Shown here: piece after piece, positions 35,101 through 47,390 of the stretch
Layout: every line of letters begins with the position of its first letter
Numbering within the stretch: position 1 is the stretch's first letter
NCBI RefSeq assembly: GCF_046119375.1
Contig: NW_027362769.1
Location: 370,140,001-370,204,000 of the forward strand
Length of the DNA stretch: 64,000 bases
Source of the DNA: Phyllobates terribilis
Lineage: Eukaryota
Direction of reading: 5' to 3'
Translations under genes and position numbers: made by a program
The notes under the pieces: model-generated
What the model was told of the DNA's origin: nothing
What the model saw: only the letters and a program-made list of their open reading frames with translations
Database searches by the model: none

Positions 35101-38100
35101 CAGACTGGTGCGGAGATGGAGGATCTGATGGTCGCTATGGCATTGTCCCGATCAATACAGGAAGACAAGAGGGCGCAGACTGCAGCTAGTGGGCAAGTCC
35201 CCCTGGAGCTGCCTGCTCGAGGTACTGCGCTGAGATTGGGGCAGTTGTCTGTTTAGTTGGGCACCTCCATGGCGACTGCCATTTGTCCAGCTCTATGGTC
35301 GTCGGCCAGCCTTCTTCAGTGGAGAAGTAATTTAATAAGAAAGGCTTTTCTTACTGCAGTCATAAACTAAAGGTGCACCAAATTTATCTAGAGGCATTGA
35401 CCCTTTAATAAATTTGGAGCACCTCAGACTGTCCAGACGCCAACTTTGAGCAGGCATAGATTTTCACTTTTATTTAGGCCAGTCTTTCAGACCATGGCCC
35501 CTTGGCTTAACGGGGTCTTCCACCTTTTTCCCGGCTGCAATTTATTACAAAAACTGATTTACTCACCCTCCCCAGGTCCGGAACTGAGTCTCAGGTGTCT
35601 GTTATTGTCTGCAGCTGTAACGTCACATTGACAGCACTGCAGCCAGTCATGGAGCTCAGCAGCTTTGCCCAAAATGACAGCACTAGTCACTTAGAGCCAC
35701 AGGGGTCATTGATTGGCTTCAGTGCTTAGGACTTGACGTCAGCGCTGCAGACTATAACAGCACAGGGGACTCAGTTCAAGACCTGGGGATGTTGAGTAAG
35801 GCACGGTTTGTTTGTTTTTTTTAAATCCCGGAAAACCTCTTTAATCACACACTCGTTTCTAAGCACTATGAAAAGTGACGTGAGAGATGCGAAACGTCTA
35901 AAAAAAATGTCCTGCACCCCCCGTTTTGTTATAGAGAAGAAAAGTCGTCGGAAGCAAAAGGATAAGCCCACCCCCCTTCTGCTTTTCCAAGCCCCCGAGG
36001 AGACCAAGGAGAAGCTGCAGAAGAGACTGTCCATGCTACTGACCGAGGAGGCTGCGGAGAACAGGGTCCTCACATTGCCCCCGAGCCATTTCTGGTCAAT
36101 AATGGAAGAAGAGAAAGAAAACTGGAGACTGCGAGGAGGAAAGAGATGTGTCCTGTGGGGTATCAGTAATATGATGGAGAAAAGAGACCCCCAGAGCTAC
36201 TACACCGCTGAGCTAATGCCCCCCATAACTCCATGGAAATCTCCTGTGAAGGTGAGAAGAGCACACGTACACGCAAGAGCAATATCGGCACTGGATGGAA
36301 ATTGTCACCGTTTTTCTTGCTTCAGAAGTTGCAGCGTTCGCAGAAAAGTGTGAACACAACCGTACTGCATCCTGAAAAACTACAGAGTCAGACGACCGGT
36401 GACCAGGATCCCGAGTCCTGTGAGGATAAAAACCCACTATCCGACAGTCAGAAGGCATTGCTGGACCTGGCTGACCTGGCCGGAGAGGGGATGACGCTCA
36501 CTCAGTGGAATGGTGGTGTCGGCACTGATCACGAGTGTACAGGTAACATGGCTCCTCAGCTCCTCCGTACAGTACTCCCGTCCGTATACCGTATACTAAT
36601 GACTCTATTGTACGGCAGGGCGAGAGTCACCGGGCAGTATCACATCGAGCGGATTCATCGCGGCACAAGAGGAGAAGAGCAGAAACGAGGTCCGCGCTCC
36701 TGATAATAAGGTACGACAGGAATGATCAGGCTCCTGAGGCTTCGCTGACACCTTTTACTGGTAGCGTCCACTTATGTCTCACTTATCTGTCCTTTCTTTG
36801 TGTGTTTTAGCTCCCACTGCTTGTTCTGTCATCCGATTTCATGGAGATGGTGAACAACCCCCATCTGAGTGACGCTCAGCTGCAGACTGACTGCGGGGAG
36901 GTGCTGCATGCTCACATGTTTGTGCTGTATGCACGCTGCCCCCTGCTGGTTGAAGCCGTAAGTGAAAGAAGGTCTTATAGATTTTGCATTGATGGCCTAT
37001 TGTTGGGATATATTTTAAATGCTCGAGTGCTCAGCACCTCGTCCTCAACTGGACTTATTTTACTAATATTTTTCTTTTATCTGATCCTCACTTCTAGATC
37101 CACTCTGAAGGCTTCTGGGTAGATGAATCCGGCATGGGACGAGCTCGACGCATCCTACTGAACGATGTGTCTGCGGCGGCCACCCTCTGCTTTCTCCAGT
37201 TTATATATTCAGCCACCACGGACATTCCCAGTGGTTGCCTACCGCATGTTTGTGAGCTGGCGCGCAGGTATGTGATATACTGAGGACAGAGGAAACGTTC
37301 AGCACATCCCTGTGTGTCTGCCAGTGTCGGTGCACATTTCCTACCTTATTGATCGTAAGATATACCGTATATACTTGAGTATAAGCCAACCCGAATATAA
37401 GCCGAGGCACCTAATTTTACCACAAAAAATTGGGAAAACCTATTGACTCGAGTGTAAGCCTAGGGTGGAAAATGCAGCTGCTACTGGTAAATTTCCCCAT
37501 CCTGGTAAGCATGGCACTCCTCATCCCCCAATCCTGGTATACATGGCCTCCCTCATTCCAATCCTGGTATGCATGGCACCCCTCATCCCAATCCTGGTAT
37601 GCATGGCACCCTCATCCCAATCCTGGTATGCATGGCACCCATCCCTATCCTGGTATGCATGGCACCCCATCCCTCATCCTGATATACATGGCACCCTCAT
37701 CCCTATCCTGGTATGCATGGCACCCCTCATCCCCAATCCTGGTATGCATGGCACCCCACATCCCAATCCTGGTATGCATGGTTCCCTCATCCCAATCCTG
37801 GTATGCATGGCACCCCTCATCCCCAATCCTGGTATGCATGGTTCCCTCATCCCAATCCTGGTATACATGGCACCCCATCACTGCACACATGAAAAAAAAT
37901 AAACACTCCTACTCACCTTTCTTCCCTCTGCTTCAGCGCTGCGTCCTGTTATGCCAGCAACAGCTCACCTCGCATCTGAGCAGCATATGACGTCAATGCC
38001 ATGCGCCCTCAGACGCCGAGGTGAGCTGCTGGAATATTCACTCCTCCCCACGCCAGGACTATGGGCGTTGAGCGGAGTGAATAGTCATTCTCCTTACTAG

Positions 38101-41100
38101 TGCAGTGTGAATCACAGCTGCCGTTTCCTGCAGCGGCTCAGGAATCCTCTGTGCCCGCTACTAAAGAGAATGAATATTCACTGTTCTGTATGCCCATGGG
38201 AGTGAGGAGGAGTGAATATTCATACTCTCTAATAGCGGGCACAGAGGATCGCTGAGCAGCTGCTGGAAGCGGCAGCTGCGACTCACACTGCGCTATTAAA
38301 GAAAATGAATATTCACCCCTCTCCACTCCATGGGCGTGGAGAAGAGTGAATATTCATTTTCTTTAGCAGGGGGCACACGTGGTAGCTGCTGCAGTGGCTA
38401 CTGCCTGTGCCCGCTCCTCCGCCGCCGCATCCCCTCACCACCACCGGTATATACTGTATATATAAGTATATACCGGAGTATAAGCCGAGGGGGGCTTTTT
38501 CAGCTTAAAAAATGTGGTGAAAAAGTCGGCTTATACTCGATTATATACGGTATTCTATTGCAAGCAACTTTTGAGACACTTGTTGAGTAGCAGAAAGTAT
38601 AAACTTCCTATTTTTACACTTTCATAGATCCAAAAAGTTATAAAAGCCGGTTACATGGAGGCCCGATCGCTAGGGTCACCCACCAATTGTGAAATTTGTG
38701 AGACCCGGAGAGCAAAACAAGCATGCATTGTCCCGTTTCCAGCAGCCCTATGGTTAATAATATATCAGTCCACTGTAGGTGCCGCAGCTCCCCCTAGTGG
38801 TGGGTGAGTTCTGCATGGGAAAATTTTAATACTAAGTTGCTTAGTCAAGATTTTTCAAGGGGGGTCCCTTGTATATCACAAGATGTCAGCACTTTGTGCA
38901 GAGGTCGTGGTCACTGCTGCAATCAGCTGATTACTCCAGTTGCTGCTTCTGGCTCCCATGACAAGCGGTGCGTGCTGATAAGGCAAGCGGCAGCCGCCGG
39001 AGGGAGAGTGTAGGGGTACACAATGGTCATCCAGATGGTGGAATAAGTCTGCCAGAATAGCAGCTGCTTCATGGGGTGTTTGAGCAGAGGGACAGAACTA
39101 GTCCAGGGTCTTAGGGGCTGGTGCACGACACAGTGATTCTATCTGGTGCTTCCTGCACTAGGGAAAATACAGGGTATTAGCTTTGCCTTAAAGTGAACCT
39201 GTCCGATACAGTCCAGTCTGCAGGCGGCAGGTTATAGAGCAGTAGGAGCTGAGCGGATTGATACTTTTGTGGTTAAATATTCATTATAACTTCTATTCAT
39301 TGAAATCCCTGCTCTGGGGTTAGGAGTCCAGTGGGCGGTCCTACTGTGTGATGGGCAGAGCTGTCGGTCACTGATTGGGCCTTTCAGTCCAGTGGGCGGT
39401 CCTACTGTGTGATGGGCAGAGCTGTCAGTCACTGATTGGGCTTTTCAGTCCAGTGGGCGGTCCTACTGTGTGATGGGCAGAGCTGTCGGACACTGATTGG
39501 GCTTTTCAGTCCAGTGGGCGGTCCTACTGTGTGATGGGCAGAGCTGTCAGTCACTGATTGGGCTTTTCAGTCCAGTGGGCGGTCCTACTGTGTGATGGGC
39601 AGAGCTGTCGGACACTGATTGGGCTTTTCAGTCCAGTGGGCGGTCCTACTGTGTGATGGGCAGAGCTGTCAGTCACTGATTGGGCTTTTCAGTCCAGTGG
39701 GCGGTCCTACTGTGTGATGGGCAGAGCTGTCGGTCACTGATTGGGCCTTTCAGTCCAGTGGGCGGTCCTACTGTGTGATGGGCAGAGCTGTCAGTCACTG
39801 ATTGGGCTTTTCAGTCTAGTGGGCGGTCCTACTGTGTGATGGGCAGAGCTGTCGGACACTGATTGGGCTTTTCAGTCCAGTGGGCGGTCCTACTGTGTGA
39901 TGGGCAGAGCTGTCAGTCACTGATTGGGCTTTTCAGTCCAGTGGGCGGTCCTACTGTGTGATGGGCAGAGCTGTCGGTCACTGATTGGGCTTTTCAGTCC
40001 AGTGGGCGGTCTTACTGTGTGATTGGCAGAGCTGTCTGTCACTGATTGGGCTTTTCAGTCCAGTGGGCGGTCCTACTGTGTGATGGGCAGAGCTGTCGGA
40101 CACTGATTGGGCTTTTCAGTCCAGTGGGCGGTCCTACTGTGTGATGGGCAGAGCTGTCGGACACTGATTGGGCTTTTCAGTCCAGTGGGCGGTCCTACTG
40201 TGTGATGGGCAGAGCTGTCAGTCACTGATTGGGCTTTTCAGTCCAGTGGGCGGTCCTACTGTGTGATGGGCAGAGCTGTCGGACACTGATTGGGCTTTTC
40301 AGTCCAGTGGGCGGTCCTACTGTGTGATGGGCAGAGCTGTCAGTCACTGATTGGGCTTTTCAGTCCAGTGGGCGGTCCTACTGTGTGATGGGCAGAGCTG
40401 TCGGTCACTGATTGGGCCTTTCAGTCCAGTGGGCGGTCCTACTGTGTGATGGGCAGAGCTGTCAGTCACTGATTGGGCTTTTCAGTCTAGTGGGCGGTCC
40501 TACTGTGTGATGGGCAGAGCTGTCAGTCACTGATTGGGCTTTTCAGTCCAGTGGGCGGTCCTACTGTGTGATGGGCAGAGCTGTCGGTCACTGATTGGGC
40601 TTTTCAGTCCAGTGGGCGGTCTTACTGTGTGATTGGCAGAGCTGTCTGTCACTGATTGGGCTTTTCAGTCCAGTGGGCGGTCCTACTGTGTGATGGGCAG
40701 AGCTGTCGGACACTGATTGGGCTTTTCAGTCCAGTTGTCGGTCCTACTGTGTGATGGGCAGAGCTGTCGGACACTGATTGGGCTTTTCAGTCCAGTGGGC
40801 GGTCCTACTGTGTGATGGGCAGAGCTGTCGGTCACTGATTGGGCTTTTCAGTCCAGTGGGCGGTCCTACTGTGTGATGGGCAGAGCTGTCGGACAATGAT
40901 TGGGCTTTTCAGTCCAGTGGGCGGTCCTACTGTGTGATGGGCAGAGCTGTCAGTCACTGATTGGGCTTTTCAGTCCAGTGGGCGGTCCTACTGTGTGATG
41001 GGCAGAGCTGTCGGACACTGATTGGGCTTTTCAGTCCAGTGGGCGGTCCTACTGTGTGATGGGCAGAGCTGTCAGTCACTGATTGGGCTTTTCAGTCCAG

Positions 41101-44100
41101 TGGGCGGTCCTACTGTGTGATGGGCAGAGCTGTCGGTCACTGATTGGGCCTTTCAGTCCAGTGGGCGGTCCTACTGTGTGATGGGCAGAGCTGTCAGTCA
41201 CTGATTGGGCTTTTCAGTCTAGTGGGCGGTCCTACTGTGTGATGGGCAGAGCTGTCGGACACTGATTGGGCTTTTCAGTCCAGTGGGCGGTCCTACTGTG
41301 TGATGGGCAGAGCTGTCAGTCACTGATTGGGCTTTTCAGTCCAGTGGGCGGTCCTACTGTGTGATGGGCAGAGCTGTCGGTCACTGATTGGGCTTTTCAG
41401 TCCAGTGGGCGGTCTTACTGTGTGATTGGCAGAGCTGTCTGTCACTGATTGGGCTTTTCAGTCCAGTGGGCGGTCTTACTGTGTGATTGGCAGAGCTGTC
41501 TGTCACTGATTGGGCTTTTCAGTCCAGTGGGCGGTCTTACTGTGTGATTGGCAGAGCTGTCTGTCACTGATTGGGCTTTTCAGTCCAGTGGGCGGTCCTA
41601 CTGTGTGATGGGCAGAGCTGTCGGTCACTGATTGGGCTTTTCAGTCCAGTGGGCGGTCTTACTGTGTGATTGGCAGAGCTGTCTGTCACTGATTGGGCTT
41701 TTCAGTCCAGTGGGCGGTCTTACTGTGTGATTGGCAGAGCTGTCAGTCACTGATTGGGCTTTTCAGTCCAGTGGGTGGTCCTACTGTGTGATGGGCAGAG
41801 CTGTCGGTCACTGATTGGGCTTTTCAGTCCAGTGGGCGGTCCTACTGTGTGATGGGCAGAGCTGTCGGTCACTGATTGGGCTTTTCAGTCCAGTGGGCGG
41901 TCTTACTGTGTGATTGGCAGAGCTGTCTGTCACTGATTGGGCTTTTCAGTCCAGTGGGCGGTCTTACTGTGTGATTGGCAGAGCTGTCTGTCACTGATTG
42001 GGCTTTTCAGTCCAGTGGGCGGTCCTACTGTGTGATGGGCAGAGCTGTCGGTCACTGATTGGGCTTTTCAGTCCAGTGGGCGGTCCTACTGTGTGATGGG
42101 CAGAGCTGTCGGTCACTGATTGGGCTTTTCAGTCCAGTGGGCGGTCCTACTGTGTGATGGACAGAGCTGTCGGTCACTGATTGGGCTTTTCAGTCCAGTG
42201 GGCGGTCCTACTGTGTGATGGGCAGAGCTGTCGGTCACTGATTGGGCTTTTCAGTCCAGTGGGCGGTCCTACTGTGTGATGGGCAGAGCTGTCGGTCACT
42301 GATTGGGCTTTTCAGTCCAGTGGGCGGTCCTAATCTGTGATTGACAGCTATCCCTCCATGCACAGTTGTACAAGTAAGACTCGGTAGGACCGCCCACTGG
42401 ACTCCTAGGTCTCCTAAGCCAAGATTGTGCAGGGATTTCAAGGAAAAGCTATAATGATTCTTTACCACTACGCTATATTAATCTGCTCTCTAACCCGCCG
42501 CCTGCAGATTTTTCTGCTTTTCGGTGTGACCTTTTGCCATACATCTGTTTAATTCTGATTTGTGCGACGATTACGTTGAGGAAACTTGTAATACTCAAGA
42601 ATTTGTCTTTTTTCTAGGTTTGATGTGAAAAGTCTGATAGAAGCCTGTGAATCTGTAATCGCTGGGACGCACAACTCCGAAGGTCAGATATCCACAGAAG
42701 AAGAGGAGGGTGATGATGGAGGAGAGCGAGCAGAGACCTTCCAGGAGTTGTTGAAGTCCATGTGGCTGGATGAAGGTGAAGACATCTTTGAAGATTTGAA
42801 GCCGGAGGACAAGGAGAAGCCGGATGGTAGTGGCGGTGTAGGAGAGGGAGAGCTGGAAGAGATCTATGAATTTGCTTTGACTCAACGTAAAATGTTAGCG
42901 GAGCAAGAATCCAACAGTGAAGAGGAAGACCAATCAGAAGACGTCTCTCCAAAGTCTAAAAGTCTTACTCTAGACGAGGGAGAAGGAATGGATTTGGTAA
43001 TCGCTGCTCCACCTAAAGTGTCTCCAAACACGAAAGTCATGGACAGTTCTCCCAGAAAATCGCCTGCGTGTTTTCTGTCTCACAGCCCTGAATATTCTGT
43101 GGTTCCTCCCATAGCTTCTTCTGCCAAGTCCACAATAGAGCAGTCATCTTCTTGCTCTGATGTTCACGTTAATGTTTCAGGGACTTCTCCAACTAAACAA
43201 GTCATTTCCTCTGTCATTTCTCTGATCTCCCCAAACAGAGAAGACGACCCCGAGGCCGATATGTTTGCTCCTCACAGTCCTCCACCTCTTGATGATAGTT
43301 ACGACCGCATGTTCTCACAGACGTGTGGTGAATACGGGGAGCCGTCCGGTATGGGGGAAAGCAAATCCCAAATAAATCCAGCTAGTCCTCCTGATCAGCA
43401 ACCTGTGCTTACCAGCTCACCTACCGCCATGCCGTATCCCACCCTCGGGTCTTCTCCAAATATCCGGTCACGTTCATTTCCAGACCGGCCTTCGTACTCA
43501 AGTGAACATGAAAAATCCCTGCACTCCAGTGTCAGAGATTCTCTTCATCGTACAGCTTCTCAGAATGGAAAAGAGCCTTCTCCCAAATCTCAAGATGCCG
43601 ACATCATCCTGATCTTGTCCTCAGATGAAGAGGCCGAGTCCAGCAATCAGTCTGCTGCACCGACCAGAAGTTCATGCTTTGCTGCGCCCGATATAGCTAA
43701 GGCCATTAAAGATTCTCCGGTTAGTTTTACACAAGGGAGAAGAAGCGAAGGGCTTTCCCGTCTGGAAATGAGCAGTAGCTCAGAGATGTCTTGGTTGGTG
43801 CCCGCTACACCCTTACCCCAATTAGCAAGCTCCAGAATTTCCCCATTGCAGACATCATGTATACCTCCGACCACTCAGTCTTTACAGAAGACGTCCCACG
43901 CAACTCAGTCACCTCCAAATTCATGGAATATGTCCCACACCGCTCAGTCACCTCCAAAGTCCAAGGTAACGTCCCATGCAACTCCGTCACCTCCAAATTC
44001 ATGGAAGACGTTCCACACCGCTCAGTCACCTCCAAAGTCCAAGGTAACGTCCCATGCAACTCCGTCACCTCCAAATTCATGGAAGATGTCCCACACCGCT

Positions 44101-47076
44101 CAGTCACCTCCAAAGTCCAAGGTGGCGTCCTACGCTAATCAGTCCTCTCCAAACTCACGAAAAAAATCCCACACCGCTCAGTCCCCTCCAAACTCATGGA
44201 AGACGTCCGACTCAACTAATTCACCTCCAGACTCGAGGAAAACATCTCACACCACTTGGTCACATTCATACTCTCAGAAGTCTCCTCCAACCTCCCGCGA
44301 GAGATCATCATCTCAAACATCTAGAAACTTTGACCTTGATGTTTCTTGTAAAAGTTTGGTTTCTCAGACTCAGACAAGCCCAGTGTCCCTTCCATCGATG
44401 TCTCCAAAGACTTCTCGGTCACTGCGACCCTCCATACAAGAATCCCTTGAGGCACAGTCTAGTGAGCGTAGTAAAGCCCCTTCTTCCCCATCGATTTCCA
44501 TTGCTAGCAGCACTGTGTTTGAGGTTGGGGACAGCGAGGACGAGGCCCCTGTAGCAGAGCCCCCGGCCAATATCAGCAACTACAGCTTCCAGTTTGACTA
44601 TGATGAGCCTCCTATCCCCATGGAGGAAGATTTATGGGGCAGCGTGAACGAGACGCCAAAGAAGCCTCATTCCCCTCCTTCTCCGCCTTTACATTTGAAT
44701 AAGACACCAACCAAAACCTTGAATTGTAATGTGAACAGTCCTTCAACAGCGAAAAGCGGAACACCAGCAAATATCGAGGGATCTCCACCATACGCAGCCT
44801 CTCAGAGCAGCCGTCAGAGCTATCTCAACTCCAGGTTGTGGGAGGACTGGGAGGATGAAGACCCCAAGCTGACAGCTGTCCTCCCTCTGTCTCAGAGACT
44901 AGGTAGTGCCCCAGGGATGCAGAAGGAGCTGAGGACTCCAGGTAAGGCACGCTCTGTATCCAGGCGGTTGTGCACCTTAAGGGGTTTATCGTGTGACAAA
45001 CATTTATCACAAATCCATGGTATTTGGGCGTTTAACATGACGACTTGGCCCAATGTAGGACTCTTCTAACAAACTGTGTGTTTTTTCCGTAGTTTCTATC
45101 GTGCGTAGAAGAGAACTTGCTCCCAAGGTTCCCATCACTCCACTGCCTGACTATTCGGACTTGGACACTCCAGTCCTAAAAAAAGAGCTAAGCAAGTAAG
45201 TTCTCTCCATGTGCCCCTTTTACACTTGTGTTACTCGCTTATGGCAGAATTGTCACCATTAATTTGCTGCCCTTTTTCAGAAAATTTATCTAGTTTTTCC
45301 CAGACCATCCCTTTGTCACCTACCTGTAGGATAGGTGATAACTTGTTGATCAGAGGGGGGTCCGACCGCTGGGATCCGGACCGATCAGCAGAACAAGGCG
45401 CTGTTATCATGTCTGACCGCAGCTGCATTCGTTCTCTATGGGGCTGGCGGATAAAGCGGAGCACAGCGCTCGCAGCACCATCGGGGATGAACGGAGTGGT
45501 GTCTGAGCGTGCACACTGTGCTCCATTCTAAGGAGGACAAAAGCGCCATGTTCAGCCGATCGTTGCGGGTTCCAGCGGTCGGACACCCACCATTCAATTA
45601 GTTATCACCTTGGATTTGAAAGATGATGCAGATTTCATAGCGCAGTTCTTGGGATTGGCAGGGGTCCCAGCAGTCCAACTCCTAGGGATCGGCAAGTCAC
45701 CTATCCTGTGGATAGCTGATAACTTGCCCAGGCAATAACCTTTTGACCACTTTTTGACATTTGGCGTACATGTATCGTGCATGTCAAGTGTGGGTGTATG
45801 GATTGGGATTAGTAGCTGAGCCCAATCTACACACAGCAGGTGCTGGCTGCATTATACAGCTAGCACCTGCTGCTAACATCAGTGACTAGAGCCAGTGCCA
45901 ATTGCTGCTGTTTAACTCCTGAAATGCCAGTGTCAATCACAGACAATAGGCATTTAAGTGGCTCCTGCCGGAAGGGAAACACAAGTGCAAAAATGAAAAT
46001 TCAGCACCGAACAGTGTTAAACTTTTTTTTTATTCTATTGTATCTTTATGGATTGCTGTAATCTCTCTCTGCTGTTTAGGTTTGGCGTACGTGCTCTCCC
46101 CAAAAAGAAGATGGTGCTAAAGCTGAAAGAGATCTTCCGCTACACCCATCAGGTGATGAGCTCCGAATCTGAGGAGGACGTCCCTTCATCCCAGCCCCAT
46201 CGAAGCAAAGGCTGCGGCGTAGCTCAAGTGCTGAAGAAACCTCCTGAAGGCAAACAGAGGAAACAAAACAGTACCATGGGGTCCAGCAGCTCGCACCTGG
46301 GGAGAAAGGGGACCTCTGTGTGCGCAGTGAATGAAACAGACCCAGGAGACGATCAACCACTGACTGCATCTCAAGAGACTACTATGTCCTCTCTGGCTGC
46401 AAGCGATACCTCCTCCTTATCCCAAAGGTAACGAGAGCCACCCGCACTGTATGATTGACAGCGGTAGGGATCATAGGCTGGAGTGGGAGGCAGTGATTGC
46501 ACCAATGCTGCCCCTTCAACTACGTCTCCTCCGTGTGTCCTGTCGCTTGTTTCTGTATCCTGGCTCCATCTGGACGGACATGCGGACAGTGATCGGCAGC
46601 AGAGGTCACATGTTTGTCCAGGTGGAGCAGATCATACAGAGGCCAAATGACTTCATGTAGCTGCCGTTGGGCAGAATGCACCTGTGCACTTCCGGGCGTT
46701 TCGCTCCTCACTCAGGGGTTTCTTTTTCACGTCTTTCTGTAGCTCCAACACCAATGAGTTTGAGACGGCGTTTGCAGATGAAGATGACAACGACGACGAG
46801 GCACTTCCAGCCTCACAAGCCGCCAACAAAGAGGCTCTGACAGCGGAGGCTGTGAGAAGCTTCATCGAAACGCATCCCGAATTACATAAGCGGATCTTAC
46901 TCTATCAGCCCCTGGACCTGGCCGCGCTGCAGGCTGAGCTCAAGCTGAACAACATCAAAATTGCCTCTGGGAAACTGCTGGACTTTCTGGATTCGCACTG
47001 CATCACTTTTACTACCGCTTCCACACGCAAGGAGAAGAAGAGCCGCACACGGAGGAAAGCAGGGAAGCGCCACTGA
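31833..47076 (+). CDS. SLX4: SLX4 (BTBD12/FANCP) structure-specific endonuclease scaffold; 14 coding exons, ~1835 aa
   Basis: N-terminus MVESDDEFAELCSKLLKRVRK; two UBZ4 fingers; MLR (DLMVAMALSRS); BTB; SIM-like IILILSSDEE and VFEVGDSEDE; SWLVPATP; SAP (PITPLPDYSDLDTPVLKKEL); SLX1-binding domain (RILLYQPLDL...LDFLDSHCITF). Exon phases consistent. Confidence 0.95.
32304..32519 (+). CDS. SLX4: SLX4 coding exon 2
   Basis: VRDLVLERMQQFKRTVPSRLKL; acceptor is weak. Confidence 0.75.
32562..33828 (-). mobile_element. CR1 LINE 3' fragment (5'-truncated), antisense in an SLX4 intron
   Basis: ORF 33178-32639 ([44 protein letters not shown]) is the CR1 ORF2 C-terminus; 3' tail of short (ATTCTAG)-type repeats at ~32562-32577. 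Confidence 0.9.
33868..34435 (+). CDS. SLX4: SLX4 coding exon 3 (16/18-aa tandem repeat + UBZ4-1)
   Basis: ...EDQGLFFCQLCQKDLTAMTGALREQHVNR. Confidence 0.92.
34514..34720 (+). CDS. SLX4: SLX4 coding exon 4 (UBZ4-2)
   Basis: CLD...CPLCGKPFSTEKSRASHLKRCA. Confidence 0.93.
35034..35221 (+). CDS. SLX4: SLX4 coding exon 5 (MLR start)
   Basis: EPSKKRK...EDLMVAMALSRS. Confidence 0.9.
35935..36251 (+). CDS. SLX4: SLX4 coding exon 6 (MLR)
   Basis: KKSRRKQK..PLLLFQAPEE...YYTAELMPPITPW. Confidence 0.9.
36326..36542 (+). CDS. SLX4: SLX4 coding exon 7
   Basis: SQKALLDLADLAGEGMTLTQW. Confidence 0.88.
36619..36710 (+). CDS. SLX4: SLX4 coding exon 8
   Basis: RESPGSITSSGFIAAQEE...; phase 1 to 0 links the neighbouring exons. 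Confidence 0.8.
36811..36957 (+). CDS. SLX4: SLX4 coding exon 9 (BTB)
   Basis: MVNNPHLSDAQLQTDCGEVLHAHMFVLYARCPLL. Confidence 0.93.
37098..37267 (+). CDS. SLX4: SLX4 coding exon 10 (BTB)
   Basis: IHSEGFWV...RILLNDVS..FLQFIYSA..ELAR. Confidence 0.92.
37365..38550. mobile_element. pogo/Tc2-like non-autonomous element with an internal ~31-bp minisatellite (37490-37880)
   Basis: TA|CCGTATATACTTGAGTATAAGCC ... GGCTTATACTCGATTATATACGG|TA. Confidence 0.8.
39327..42331. repeat. Minisatellite, 61-bp unit, ~49 copies, inside a TTAA MITE (39188-~42516) in an SLX4 intron
   Basis: Unit CAGTCCAGTGGGCGGTCCTACTGTGTGATGGGCAGAGCTGTCGGTCACTGATTGGGCTTTT shifts by 1 nt per 60-nt line. Confidence 0.97.
42618..44941 (+). 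CDS. SLX4: SLX4 coding exon 11 (2.3-kb disordered exon: SIMs, SWLVPATP, 13-aa repeat)
   Basis: ORF 42625 frame; FDVKSLIEAC..; ELEEIYEFALTQRK; CCAG|GTAAGG donor. Confidence 0.93.
45093..45195 (+). CDS. SLX4: SLX4 coding exon 12 (SAP)
   Basis: PKVPITPLPDYSDLDTPVLKKELS. Confidence 0.93.
46080..46427 (+). CDS. SLX4: SLX4 coding exon 13
   Basis: FGVRALPKKKMVLKLKEIFRYTHQ. Confidence 0.93.
46743..47076 (+). CDS. SLX4: SLX4 coding exon 14 (SLX1-binding domain, stop)
   Basis: EAVRSFIETHPELHKRILLYQPLDL...CITFTTA...KRH*. Confidence 0.94.
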
Positions 47077-47390
47077 GACCGCTTCAAGGGACACTCTACA
47101 AGAAGGTTGCCTAGCGACAATGGAACTTTGTTTTTTGCCACTTCTGTGTTGTAGTCACAGAAAGTTCTCAGCTGTGTATAATGGTTTGTGACAATGTTAT
47201 CCACGGCCTCAGGAGCTGCAGATGACTGCTGTTGCCTCCATTAAAGGGGGACCTCTTTAAAGCCTCTCTTTAAATTAAATGGAAAATAATGGTCATTTCC
47301 TTCAAAAAGTTGTAGCAAGGAGATCCGGCTGCAGAGATAACGGTACGGCACTCTTGCTGGAGAGGTATCAGACGTGATATGGTTACTTGA

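Noticed and set aside
37430-37990. ORFs of 145-186 aa in an SLX4 intron
   Set aside because: Translations of the ~31-bp minisatellite inside the pogo-like element.
39327-42331. CRISPR-like array
   Set aside because: Units are contiguous near-identical repeats with no unique spacers, in a eukaryotic intron; no cas genes.
42618-44941. No TRF2-binding (H/F/Y-x-L-x-P) motif seen in SLX4
   Set aside because: That motif is not generally conserved outside some mammals, so its absence is expected.
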